Assembly: GCA_963837465.1 (NCBI GenBank)
Contig: CAWINB010000004.1
Coordinates: 650,853-714,852, forward strand
Origin: Candidatus Doudnabacteria bacterium
GTDB lineage: Bacteria > Patescibacteriota > Doudnabacteria > UBA920
Direction: 5' to 3'
DNA length: 64,000 nt
Position 1 is the first letter of the stretch, and each line of letters begins with the position of its first letter. The notes below the pieces were generated by a model, which was not told where the DNA came from, searched no databases, and saw only the letters and a program-made list of their open reading frames with translations. Shown piece by piece: positions 57,270 to 64,000 of the stretch. Both the position numbers and the translations under genes were made by a program.

Positions 57270-57592
57270 AACTCCTTAAAATAAAAACATCCCAAACTAC
57301 CAATGTTTGAGGAACTCGGAAGTAAGAAGGTGGGGAGCTTTCTTAAAAAGTTGGTAATATATTACATCATTTTATGCTTATATTGCTAACTGAGGCAAAA
57401 ACCTTTAAATAAGCCGAGTTTGGTCATAATTCTACATTTTTATTGGCGATTTTGGGTGTTTCTCTTGACATCTTTTAAAAACCCTTGATTTTATTAGCTT
57501 TTTTGGGTAATATGTAATTGTTAACTAATAAATTAGCCTACGGATTCCGTCATCTTTAAAGATTGGGGGAAAAGTGGGCAGGAGACAAAAAA

Positions 57593-57865
57593 ATGACAAA
57601 GTCAGAAATCTTGCAGGCCTTGGCCGAAAAAACGGGCATGACCCGCAAGCAGGTTAGTGAATTTATGGATGCTATGGTGGAAATGGCTTACGCCGTAACC
57701 AAAAAAGAAGGCGAATTCGTAATTCCGGGTATGGGCAAGTTGCAGAAAAAGCACCGCGACGCCAGAATGGGCAGAAACCCCGCCACCGGCGCGTCTATTT
57801 CCATTCCTGCCAAAACCGTGCTTAAATTCCGCGTAGCCAAGGCCGCCAAGGATGCTATTCTTTAG
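57593..57865 (+). CDS. hup: HU/IHF-family DNA-binding protein
   Basis: MTKSEILQALAEKTGMTRKQV...GMGKLQKKHRDARMGRNPATGASISIPAKTV. Confidence 0.85.
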   Translation: MTKSEILQALAEKTGMTRKQVSEFMDAMVEMAYAVTKKEGEFVIPGMGKLQKKHRDARMGRNPATGASISIPAKTVLKFRVAKAAKDAIL

Positions 57866-58033
57866 TAATTCGCGGGAATCCGTAATATAGAATTTAGACA
57901 GTAATTAGAAAACCGTCCTTTGGCTTCGCTAAGGGCGGTTTTTTAATTTGGGGACTCTATGTTATAATGGGGTTATAATGGGATTGTAAATTATTTTTTT
58001 TGTGCAGAGTTTAAACCAAGCTTGAAATAAAAT

Positions 58034-58474
58034 ATGCAGAATTACCTAAAAAAAATCCAGCTGGAAACCAAAAAGCAATTTGAAATTATAGATATCACCG
58101 CCTATGCCAAACAGGCTGTTGCCGAGTCTAAGGTTAAAAGCGGATTGGCTGTGGTGGTTTGTCCCCATACTACGGCCTCGGTGCGGCTTAACCACAACGA
58201 GCCGTTGCTTATGCAGGATATTATGAAAGCGCTTTACCGTTTGGTGCCGATTGACAACAGCTACAGCCACGATCTGTTTGAGGTGCGGCAGAACGTGGCG
58301 CCCAACGAGCGCAGTAACGGCCACGCCCACGTTAAAGCTTTTTTAATGGGGTCTTCGGAATCGCTGATTATTGAAAACAGTCAACTTATGCTTGGCGGCA
58401 AGCAAAGCCTGTTTTTTGTGGAGCTGGACGGCGGCCGGAGCAGAGAGGTTTTTGTAAAGGTTTTGGGAGAGTAG
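58034..58474 (+). CDS. YjbQ/UPF0047 family protein
   Basis: ITAYAKQAVAESKVKSGLAVVVCPHTTASV...SHDLFE matches the family. Confidence 0.65.
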   Translation: MQNYLKKIQLETKKQFEIIDITAYAKQAVAESKVKSGLAVVVCPHTTASVRLNHNEPLLMQDIMKALYRLVPIDNSYSHDLFEVRQNVAPNERSNGHAHVKAFLMGSSESLIIENSQLMLGGKQSLFFVELDGGRSREVFVKVLGE

Positions 58475-58513
58475 ACGTTTAGGATAGATAATAGAAAAAC
58501 TGGTTTCCTTTTA

Positions 58514-58559
58514 GGTTTCGTGTGCGCTAGCGTACTAGTACGCTAGCGCACACGAAACC
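58514..58559. repeat. 46-bp perfect palindrome GGTTTCGTGTGCGCTAGCGTAC|TA|GTACGCTAGCGCACACGAAACC (copy 3 of the palindromic element)
   Basis: Direct reading. Contains NheI- and SpeI-type hexamers. Related copies at 36744-36787 and 19122-19165. Confidence 0.9.
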
Positions 58560-58585
58560 CGTTTTAGCCTCTGCGTATCTAAAAA

Positions 58586-59431
58586 ATGGCCAAAAGATTT
58601 TTAATCTGCTTAGTGTTGGTGTTATTGTTTTTTGCCGCGGCAGGAATTTACGGGGCGCTAAAGTACCGCGCCCAAATAAGGCAGGCCAGGCAAACCGCCA
58701 AAGCGCCGCAAACAAGCATTACTTTACTGCCGGGATGGAATAATCAGCAAATCGCCGATTATTTGCAGAAGAATAATATTGTTTCCGCGGCTGATTTTTT
58801 GAGCGCGGAGAAATCTTTTAACCTTTCCGTTTTTAATATGTCATATTATCCCAACCTAACAAGTAAGCCGGCCGCCGCCGACTTACAGGGCTTTATTTTT
58901 CCGGATACTTATTTTATCCCGGCCGCGGCACCCAGCGGTACCAATATTAGCGACATAATTATAGAAAAAGCACTGGATAATTTTTCCCAAAAGATTACGC
59001 CCCAAATAATTGACCAAGCGCAAAGCCAGGGGCTGGATTTGTACCAGCTCATTACTTTGGCATCTATAATAGAAAAAGAAACCGGGGCAAGCCAGGATGA
59101 CAAAAGAATAGTAGCCGGAATTTTTTATAACCGCCTTAACGCCGGTATGCCTCTGCAAAGCGATGCCACGGTAGAATACGCCTTGGGGCAAAGCAACAGC
59201 CATACCAGCGACCAGGACACGCAGGTTAATTCTCCATACAATACTTATTTGCATAACGGCTTGCCTCCGGGGCCGATATGCAACCCCTCCCTGGCTTCCA
59301 TTATGGCCGCGGCAGACCCAATCCAAACCAGTTATTTTTATTTTTTGACAGACCCCAAAACCGGCCAGGCCATTTACGCGCAAACGTACCAGGAGCAGCG
59401 GCAAAACCAGCAAAAATATTTGGGTGATTGA
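58586..59431 (+). CDS. mltG: endolytic murein transglycosylase MltG (YceG-like)
   Basis: N-terminal TM. GIFYNRLNAGMPLQSDATVEYALG. Confidence 0.75.
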   Translation: MAKRFLICLVLVLLFFAAAGIYGALKYRAQIRQARQTAKAPQTSITLLPGWNNQQIADYLQKNNIVSAADFLSAEKSFNLSVFNMSYYPNLTSKPAAADLQGFIFPDTYFIPAAAPSGTNISDIIIEKALDNFSQKITPQIIDQAQSQGLDLYQLITLASIIEKETGASQDDKRIVAGIFYNRLNAGMPLQSDATVEYALGQSNSHTSDQDTQVNSPYNTYLHNGLPPGPICNPSLASIMAAADPIQTSYFYFLTDPKTGQAIYAQTYQEQRQNQQKYLGD

Positions 59432-59561
59432 ATTTTGATAATTATCGTGTGTTTTGTAGGGCTGGCTTTCTTGACCGACGAAGCCTCGGCGAAGTTGGTA
59501 GTCGCCCGTCAAAGGATGGAGGGCTGCTAATCCCCGCACCTACAAACTTTGAATCACAAAA

Positions 59562-59652
59562 CGCCATTCCGAGCGCGGCGAGGAATCCCTTTCCATAAAG
59601 AATTATCCTTAGATAAGGGATCCCTCACTCGGCTGCTACTGTTCGGGATGGC
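59562..59652. repeat. copy B of the dispersed palindromic element (CATTCCGAGCGCGGCGAGGAATCCCT ... AGGGATCCCTCACTCGG...CGGGATGG)
   Basis: Same family as A, C and D. Confidence 0.65.
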
Positions 59653-59695
59653 CAAAATAGTGTTTCGTAATTTAAAGCTACAAAGATGGTTCGAG

Positions 59696-60616
59696 TTACC
59701 CTAAATGGCTACCCACAAAATCCCTATAACCATTTAAAAAATCGTTTATTGCCATTTCATTTTTACCCTCAAGCTTGAGGGTTTTTATTTGGATTATTGT
59801 GCTATTGCCGGAGGACACTTTGCCGCCGGGCATTATTGTCCCCGGGTCGCTAAGCGCAGTCTCGTCCGTTGGCAGGCAATCCAAAATCTGGATTTTTTTG
59901 CCCTGCCAGGTTGTCCAAATTCCCGGCCAAATATAGAAAGCGCGGAACTGGTTGTATATTTCCGCGGCTGTTTTTTGCCAGTTAATCTGCCCATCCTGTT
60001 TGGCTATGATTTTGCTGTAACTGGCGGCGGAATCATCCTGGGGCAGGGGAGTTATTTTGCCGTTCGCGTAGTCATTTAATACTTCGTTAATGATTTTCGC
60101 GGAAAGCCGGGCTAACTTATCTGACAGCGTAAAGAAATTGTCATCGGAGTCTATACCTGTAATTTCCTGGGATAACAGCGGGCCGTCATCAACTTTTTCA
60201 TCCAGCAAAAATATGGAAGTGCCGGTTTGCGCGTCACCGTTAAGCAGCGCGAACTGAATGGGGGATGGGCCCCGGTATTTCGGCAAAACCGAAAAGTGGA
60301 CATTGACGGTTTTAAATTTCGGCAGGTTAATTATCTGGGGCGGCAAAATTTTGCCGTAAGCCACCACTACAAAAATATCAGCGCCTAAATTTCGCAGCTC
60401 TGCCGGAAGTTCCTGGTTATTTTTTACTTTTTCGGGCTTAAAAGTTTTTAAGCTTAAATCTTTGGCCAAAGCCGCAACGGGGCTTTCCCGGGTCAATTGT
60501 TTGCGCCCGACCTTAACATCCGGCGTGGTAACCACAGCCAAAACCTCATGCTGCTTTTTTAAAGCTTCCAAAACCGGCAGTGCCACGTTGGAAGTGCCAA
60601 AAAATATTATTTTCAT
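59696..60616 (-). CDS. fmt: methionyl-tRNA formyltransferase
   Basis: MKIIFFGTS...VVTTPD...SLLPKYRG. Confidence 0.85.
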   Translation of the reverse strand: MKIIFFGTSNVALPVLEALKKQHEVLAVVTTPDVKVGRKQLTRESPVAALAKDLSLKTFKPEKVKNNQELPAELRNLGADIFVVVAYGKILPPQIINLPKFKTVNVHFSVLPKYRGPSPIQFALLNGDAQTGTSIFLLDEKVDDGPLLSQEITGIDSDDNFFTLSDKLARLSAKIINEVLNDYANGKITPLPQDDSAASYSKIIAKQDGQINWQKTAAEIYNQFRAFYIWPGIWTTWQGKKIQILDCLPTDETALSDPGTIMPGGKVSSGNSTIIQIKTLKLEGKNEMAINDFLNGYRDFVGSHLG

Positions 60617-60679
60617 AGAGTTTGCAAAGTACGAAAAATTTACGAGCTCGCGAATCGCCGCGCAGGTCCTTCATAAATT

Positions 60680-61249
60680 CTATTTTAATTGCGACACTAT
60701 TTTTCTTAAAATTTTCGCTTCCAGCCGGCAATCCACCAAAGCGTCGTGGAGTTGATTTTTATCAACTTTTATCTTAAGCATCTTAACCAGACTTTCCAGC
60801 CCAAAACCGGCAAAGTCCTTTTTGGACGTCAGCCGGTTTTTGTTGGCCAGATAAGCGTAGAACAAGCCCCAGATGTTAAAGGTATGGTAGTCAAAGGGAT
60901 AGTTTAGTTTAGTTTTTTTGTAGGCCGTGGATAAAAACAGGATGTCATTAATGCCTACATAATAGGCAAGAATTACATTTTTAAGGTCAAAAATTTTGCC
61001 GAATTTTTGCAGGGCCTGCTTAAGCGTCGGCGCGTCTTTTAGCTGCTCCCAGCTAATTTTGTTCACAGCCATGGATTCCGGGTCGCGATTTTTCCAGTTT
61101 AAGGGCTTGATGTAAGTGTTAAAAGCCTGTTTTTCCTTAAGAGTTTTTTTATCCAGAAGCACGGCCGCCAACTGGATAAGGTCGTGTTTGCCCGCGTCCA
61201 GGCCAGTAAATTCGGTATCAATCAAAAGGATGTCTTTCTTAAAGTTCAT
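60680..61249 (-). CDS. DEDDh-type 3'-5' exonuclease domain protein (paralog 1)
   Basis: Exo I IDTEFTGLD and Exo III HDALVDC. Confidence 0.6.
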   Translation of the reverse strand: MNFKKDILLIDTEFTGLDAGKHDLIQLAAVLLDKKTLKEKQAFNTYIKPLNWKNRDPESMAVNKISWEQLKDAPTLKQALQKFGKIFDLKNVILAYYVGINDILFLSTAYKKTKLNYPFDYHTFNIWGLFYAYLANKNRLTSKKDFAGFGLESLVKMLKIKVDKNQLHDALVDCRLEAKILRKIVSQLK

Positions 61250-61376
61250 AGCGCGCCATTCCGAGGGCAGGCGCAGCCGCCGCCCGGGGAACCCTTTAAA
61301 TTTAATTATTGCGAAACAGTACGGTTAACGTAGTGTCAAGGGTGACCCTTGACACTACGTGGGGTGCCGTGTCCTT

Positions 61377-61913
61377 CTACACTTCCTTGATTATTCTTCT
61401 GAAAATTTCCGCGTCCAGCCTGACTTTTTCCAGAGCGTCGTAAGGATTTTTTTGCTTTAGCCTGAAGTAATCAATAAAAGTATGGAAGCTCGGCATTTTT
61501 TTCAGGCCGTAATTCAGGGTATAAATGTAACCCAGAGTCCATACTTGGATTATGTGCGGATCGTAATCAAATTTGGCCGCGGCTTTTTTAAAAGCGTTTT
61601 TTAAAAACAGCAGATTGTTAAAATTATGGCTGCCCAAAAGTAAATTTGTGCCAAACTTGCCGTGGAAATTTTTCACCGCGTCGTAAATTTTCGGGCTTTT
61701 GCGCAGGGTTTCGTAATCGGTGTGGAGCAATGCCGCGTGTTCGTTTATAATACTGTCCAGATAACTTATGCGGATATAGCTGGTAAAATTGTCTTTTTCC
61801 AGCAGGTTATCTTTATCCAGTAAAACCGCGGACAATTGGATTACCGAATCTTTGTCCGGATCCGGCCCGGTGGTTGTGACTTCAAAAAATAACAAATCTT
61901 TGATGAACTTCAT
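61377..61913 (-). CDS. DEDDh-type 3'-5' exonuclease domain protein (paralog 2)
   Basis: Same architecture as 60680-61249 (FFEVTTTGPD...DALEKVRLDAE). Confidence 0.55.
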   Translation of the reverse strand: MKFIKDLLFFEVTTTGPDPDKDSVIQLSAVLLDKDNLLEKDNFTSYIRISYLDSIINEHAALLHTDYETLRKSPKIYDAVKNFHGKFGTNLLLGSHNFNNLLFLKNAFKKAAAKFDYDPHIIQVWTLGYIYTLNYGLKKMPSFHTFIDYFRLKQKNPYDALEKVRLDAEIFRRIIKEV

Positions 61914-61993
61914 AAAATTTACGAGATACGGAAATTTGCGAACTTACGAATGGCGCGACTTCGTAAGTTCGCACGCGTTCGACGGTTCGCAAA

Positions 61994-62497
61994 CTACAAC
62001 TTTTTTTCTTTCTTCCATTGACTGACAATTTCCTCCCCCTGCGTGTACTTGTTAATCAAATCTATAATCAGCCGGCCGTTAATGTGGTCAATTTCGTGCT
62101 GCGCCACGCGGCTGACCCAGGCCTCATCCGTAAAAGTAATTTTTTCCCCCAGCGCATTTTGCGCCGCAATGGTAACTTTTCGCGGGCGCTTGACCATGCC
62201 AAATACTCCGCGAATGGACAGGCAACCTTCTTCCAGTTCTGTTTTTTTTAGTCCTTTATAAACAACTTTCGGGTTGTAGAGCGCCAGCAGGGGAATGCTG
62301 TTTTTTTCCAGATTAATGATAATCAATTTTACGGATTTTCCAACCTGCGGCGCGGCCAACCCAATGCCGTCAGCCTGCCGCACCGTGTCCATCATGTCTT
62401 TGGTCAATTTTTTTATTTCCGGCGGCAAAGGAAAAATTACCGGCTCGGTCGGTTTGCGCAAAGCTTCGTTGGGATAAGTAAGGATTGGTAGAATCAT
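61994..62497 (-). CDS. def: peptide deformylase
   Basis: GIGLAAPQVG, EGCLS and HEIDH. Confidence 0.9.
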   Translation of the reverse strand: MILPILTYPNEALRKPTEPVIFPLPPEIKKLTKDMMDTVRQADGIGLAAPQVGKSVKLIIINLEKNSIPLLALYNPKVVYKGLKKTELEEGCLSIRGVFGMVKRPRKVTIAAQNALGEKITFTDEAWVSRVAQHEIDHINGRLIIDLINKYTQGEEIVSQWKKEKKL

Positions 62498-62531
62498 ACT
62501 GGTAATGACAAAAATAACAAACCTTAATTTA

Positions 62532-62948
62532 TTATTCAGCTGTCATCCCGAGCGCGTCCGAGGAATCCCTCGCTTTGTCCGGGACGGCAGTAAACTGCCG
62601 TTTTCGCATAATTTTGTCATTTTTGCCCAATTCCTGATTGTTCTTTTTTATCAAATAAGCAAACAGCCGTCCCGGGGTTTTTACGGTTTTGCTTTCCGTT
62701 ATCTGTCCCGCCAGTCCCCGTAGAAAGTCGTGATTATACAAAACCGCCATCTTTAAATAAAACGCGAAGTGTTTCCTGTCGTTCAGTTTTTGGGAAAGTT
62801 CGTCGGCCAAAAGATGGTTGGCAGAATGCAAATGGGGGCTGGGCTTAGGCTTGGCCGCTTTTCTCTGCTCAAATTTGGCGATTTTACCCAAAAGTTCCAT
62901 AAGATTATTATACATTATTTTCTTAAAAAAGGCTATTAAAATAGGCAT
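62532..62948 (-). CDS. hypothetical protein whose 3' end is encoded by repeat-element copy C
   Basis: The likely start is MELLGK at 62898. The last 15 or so codons overlap element C. Confidence 0.35.
   Translation of the reverse strand: MPILIAFFKKIMYNNLMELLGKIAKFEQRKAAKPKPSPHLHSANHLLADELSQKLNDRKHFAFYLKMAVLYNHDFLRGLAGQITESKTVKTPGRLFAYLIKKNNQELGKNDKIMRKRQFTAVPDKARDSSDALGMTAE
62539..62606. repeat. copy C of the dispersed palindromic element (GTCATCCCGAGCGCGTCCGAGGAATCCCT...), followed by hairpin CGGCAGTAAACTGCCG
   Basis: Same family as A, B and D. Confidence 0.65.
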
Positions 62949-62968
62949 TTTTGGGTTATAATTGGTTT

Positions 62969-64000
62969 ATGGAAAAAATGGATATTGCCGGATTAAAAGT
63001 CAATGCCGTTACCAAACGGGAATTTCTGGCCCAATGCCTGGCGCGGGTAAAAGCGGGAGAGAAAACTTTTGTCATCACGCCTTATTCCGAGTTTTTGTAC
63101 CGTGCTTTTAAGAACCCATCGCTTTTGGAAATTTTCAACGCCGCGGATTTTTCCCTGGCCGACGGCATCGGAATTTTTTGGGCCAAAAAATATTTGGGCT
63201 TGCCTTTAACCGCCAAAAGTTTTTACGGAAAAATTTTGCAGAGTTTATGGCAAATGTTTTATAGTTTGGCCGCGATAATTTTTTATCCCGCCTGGATAAA
63301 ATTGGCATTGCCGGAAAAAATCGTAGGCGCGGACTTGGTATGGGATTTGGCAAGACTTGCGGCCAACAACAACCTGTCAATTTATCTTTTGGGCGGGTTC
63401 GGCGACACGGCAAAAATAGCCGCCCATCAACTAACCGCTGTTACTAAAAATGACGGCCGTCATTTAAGCGAACGGTTAAAAATCGCGGGATGGTCAAATA
63501 AAAATCCGGATGACCTCTCGGTTATGAAGGACATTAACAAATCATCAGCGGATATTTTGTTTGTGGCTTACGGCCCGGTAAAACAGGAGAAATGGATAGC
63601 GGAAAATTTAAAAAACCTTAACGTTAAACTGGCCATAGGCGTGGGCGGCAGTTTTGATTACATCGCGGGAGTAAAATCCGCGCCGCCGAAAATCATCAGA
63701 TATTCCGGCCTGGAATGGTTATGGCGGCTGGTTACCCAACCCTACCGTTTTAAAAGAATCGTGAACGCGACTTTTGGGTTGATGACTTATCTTACCCGCT
63801 ACAAAGTTTTTATGAGCTATCCTTATCGTAAAAACGTTGTCAGTATTATTTTAAACTCAAAAAATGAAGTGCTGATATGCCGCCGCAATCCCAACAATCC
63901 CCAAGACATACTCTACGGTTTTCAAAAAAATGACATGGTTAATTATTGGCAGTTTACCCAAGGCGGGATAGATGATGGAGAAACCATTGAACAAACGGCT
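62969..64000 (+). CDS. WecB/TagA/CpsF-family glycosyltransferase fused to a C-terminal NUDIX hydrolase domain (3' end beyond the window)
   Basis: Absent from the ORF track because the frame is open to the window end. DGIGIFWA and DILFVAYGPVKQEKW match TagA. The Nudix box begins GGIDDGETIEQ. Confidence 0.6.
   Translation, partial: MEKMDIAGLKVNAVTKREFLAQCLARVKAGEKTFVITPYSEFLYRAFKNPSLLEIFNAADFSLADGIGIFWAKKYLGLPLTAKSFYGKILQSLWQMFYSLAAIIFYPAWIKLALPEKIVGADLVWDLARLAANNNLSIYLLGGFGDTAKIAAHQLTAVTKNDGRHLSERLKIAGWSNKNPDDLSVMKDINKSSADILFVAYGPVKQEKWIAENLKNLNVKLAIGVGGSFDYIAGVKSAPPKIIRYSGLEWLWRLVTQPYRFKRIVNATFGLMTYLTRYKVFMSYPYRKNVVSIILNSKNEVLICRRNPNNPQDILYGFQKNDMVNYWQFTQGGIDDGETIEQTA

Noticed and set aside
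57150-57560. Possible ncRNA gene in the long spacer before hup
   Set aside because: Only the perfect IR and AT-rich promoter-like sequence are visible. There is no independent evidence for an RNA gene, so only the repeat is reported.

Overview
This 64 kb window looks like a reduced-genome bacterial chromosome, plausibly a Candidate Phyla Radiation (Patescibacteria) member. That placement is an inference from gene content: gatCAB, PrgI-family and VirB4-like genes, 'four helix bundle / 23S-rRNA-IVS' proteins, weak Shine-Dalgarno signals and a minimal housekeeping set. No rRNA genes and no CRISPR array are present. Three tRNAs are present: Arg-CCG, Ser-TGA and Ser-GCT.

Recognisable housekeeping genes are radA, recG, clpC/clpB-like, recX, htpX, lemA, secA, gatC/A/B, miaA, holB, frr, rseP, proS, mreBCD plus PBP2, folD, secE, nusG, rplK, rplA, hup, mltG, fmt, def, an ECF sigma/anti-sigma pair and comF.

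Accessory and unusual content, in order of position:
- A type-IV-secretion-like cluster (PrgI, VirB4, and a giant membrane protein with a C-terminal lytic transglycosylase). Its VirB4 gene is broken twice: by a 483-bp insertion carrying a frameshifted GxxExxY gene, and by a 7-bp tandem duplication.
- Two four-helix-bundle (IVS-family) genes, each bracketed by inverted repeats. One is bracketed by telomere-like GGGGTTA/CCCCTAA tracts.
- A (CCCCTAA)x6.5 tandem repeat inside an operon.
- An IS1-family insertion sequence (zinc-ribbon plus DDE, with a frame break in an A-run) that has split a small gene.
- A broken hicBA module and a kinase-gene remnant.
- Two dispersed palindromic repeat families (four and three copies). 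One copy lies in-frame inside comF.
- Several long perfect palindromes.

The most novel candidate is a tightly coupled three-gene operon (27576-30068): a TIGR00725/LOG-like SLOG protein, a short HisG-like ATP phosphoribosyltransferase, and a radical SAM enzyme. It is insulated by terminators, sits next to a YerC/TrpR-like regulator with palindromic operators, and has no histidine-pathway context.

Several essential or toxin genes carry frameshifts in homopolymers or short repeats (proS, hicA, the IS1 transposase, GxxExxY). These could be sequencing errors or genuine gene decay. All calls rest on reading motifs by eye, without database searches.
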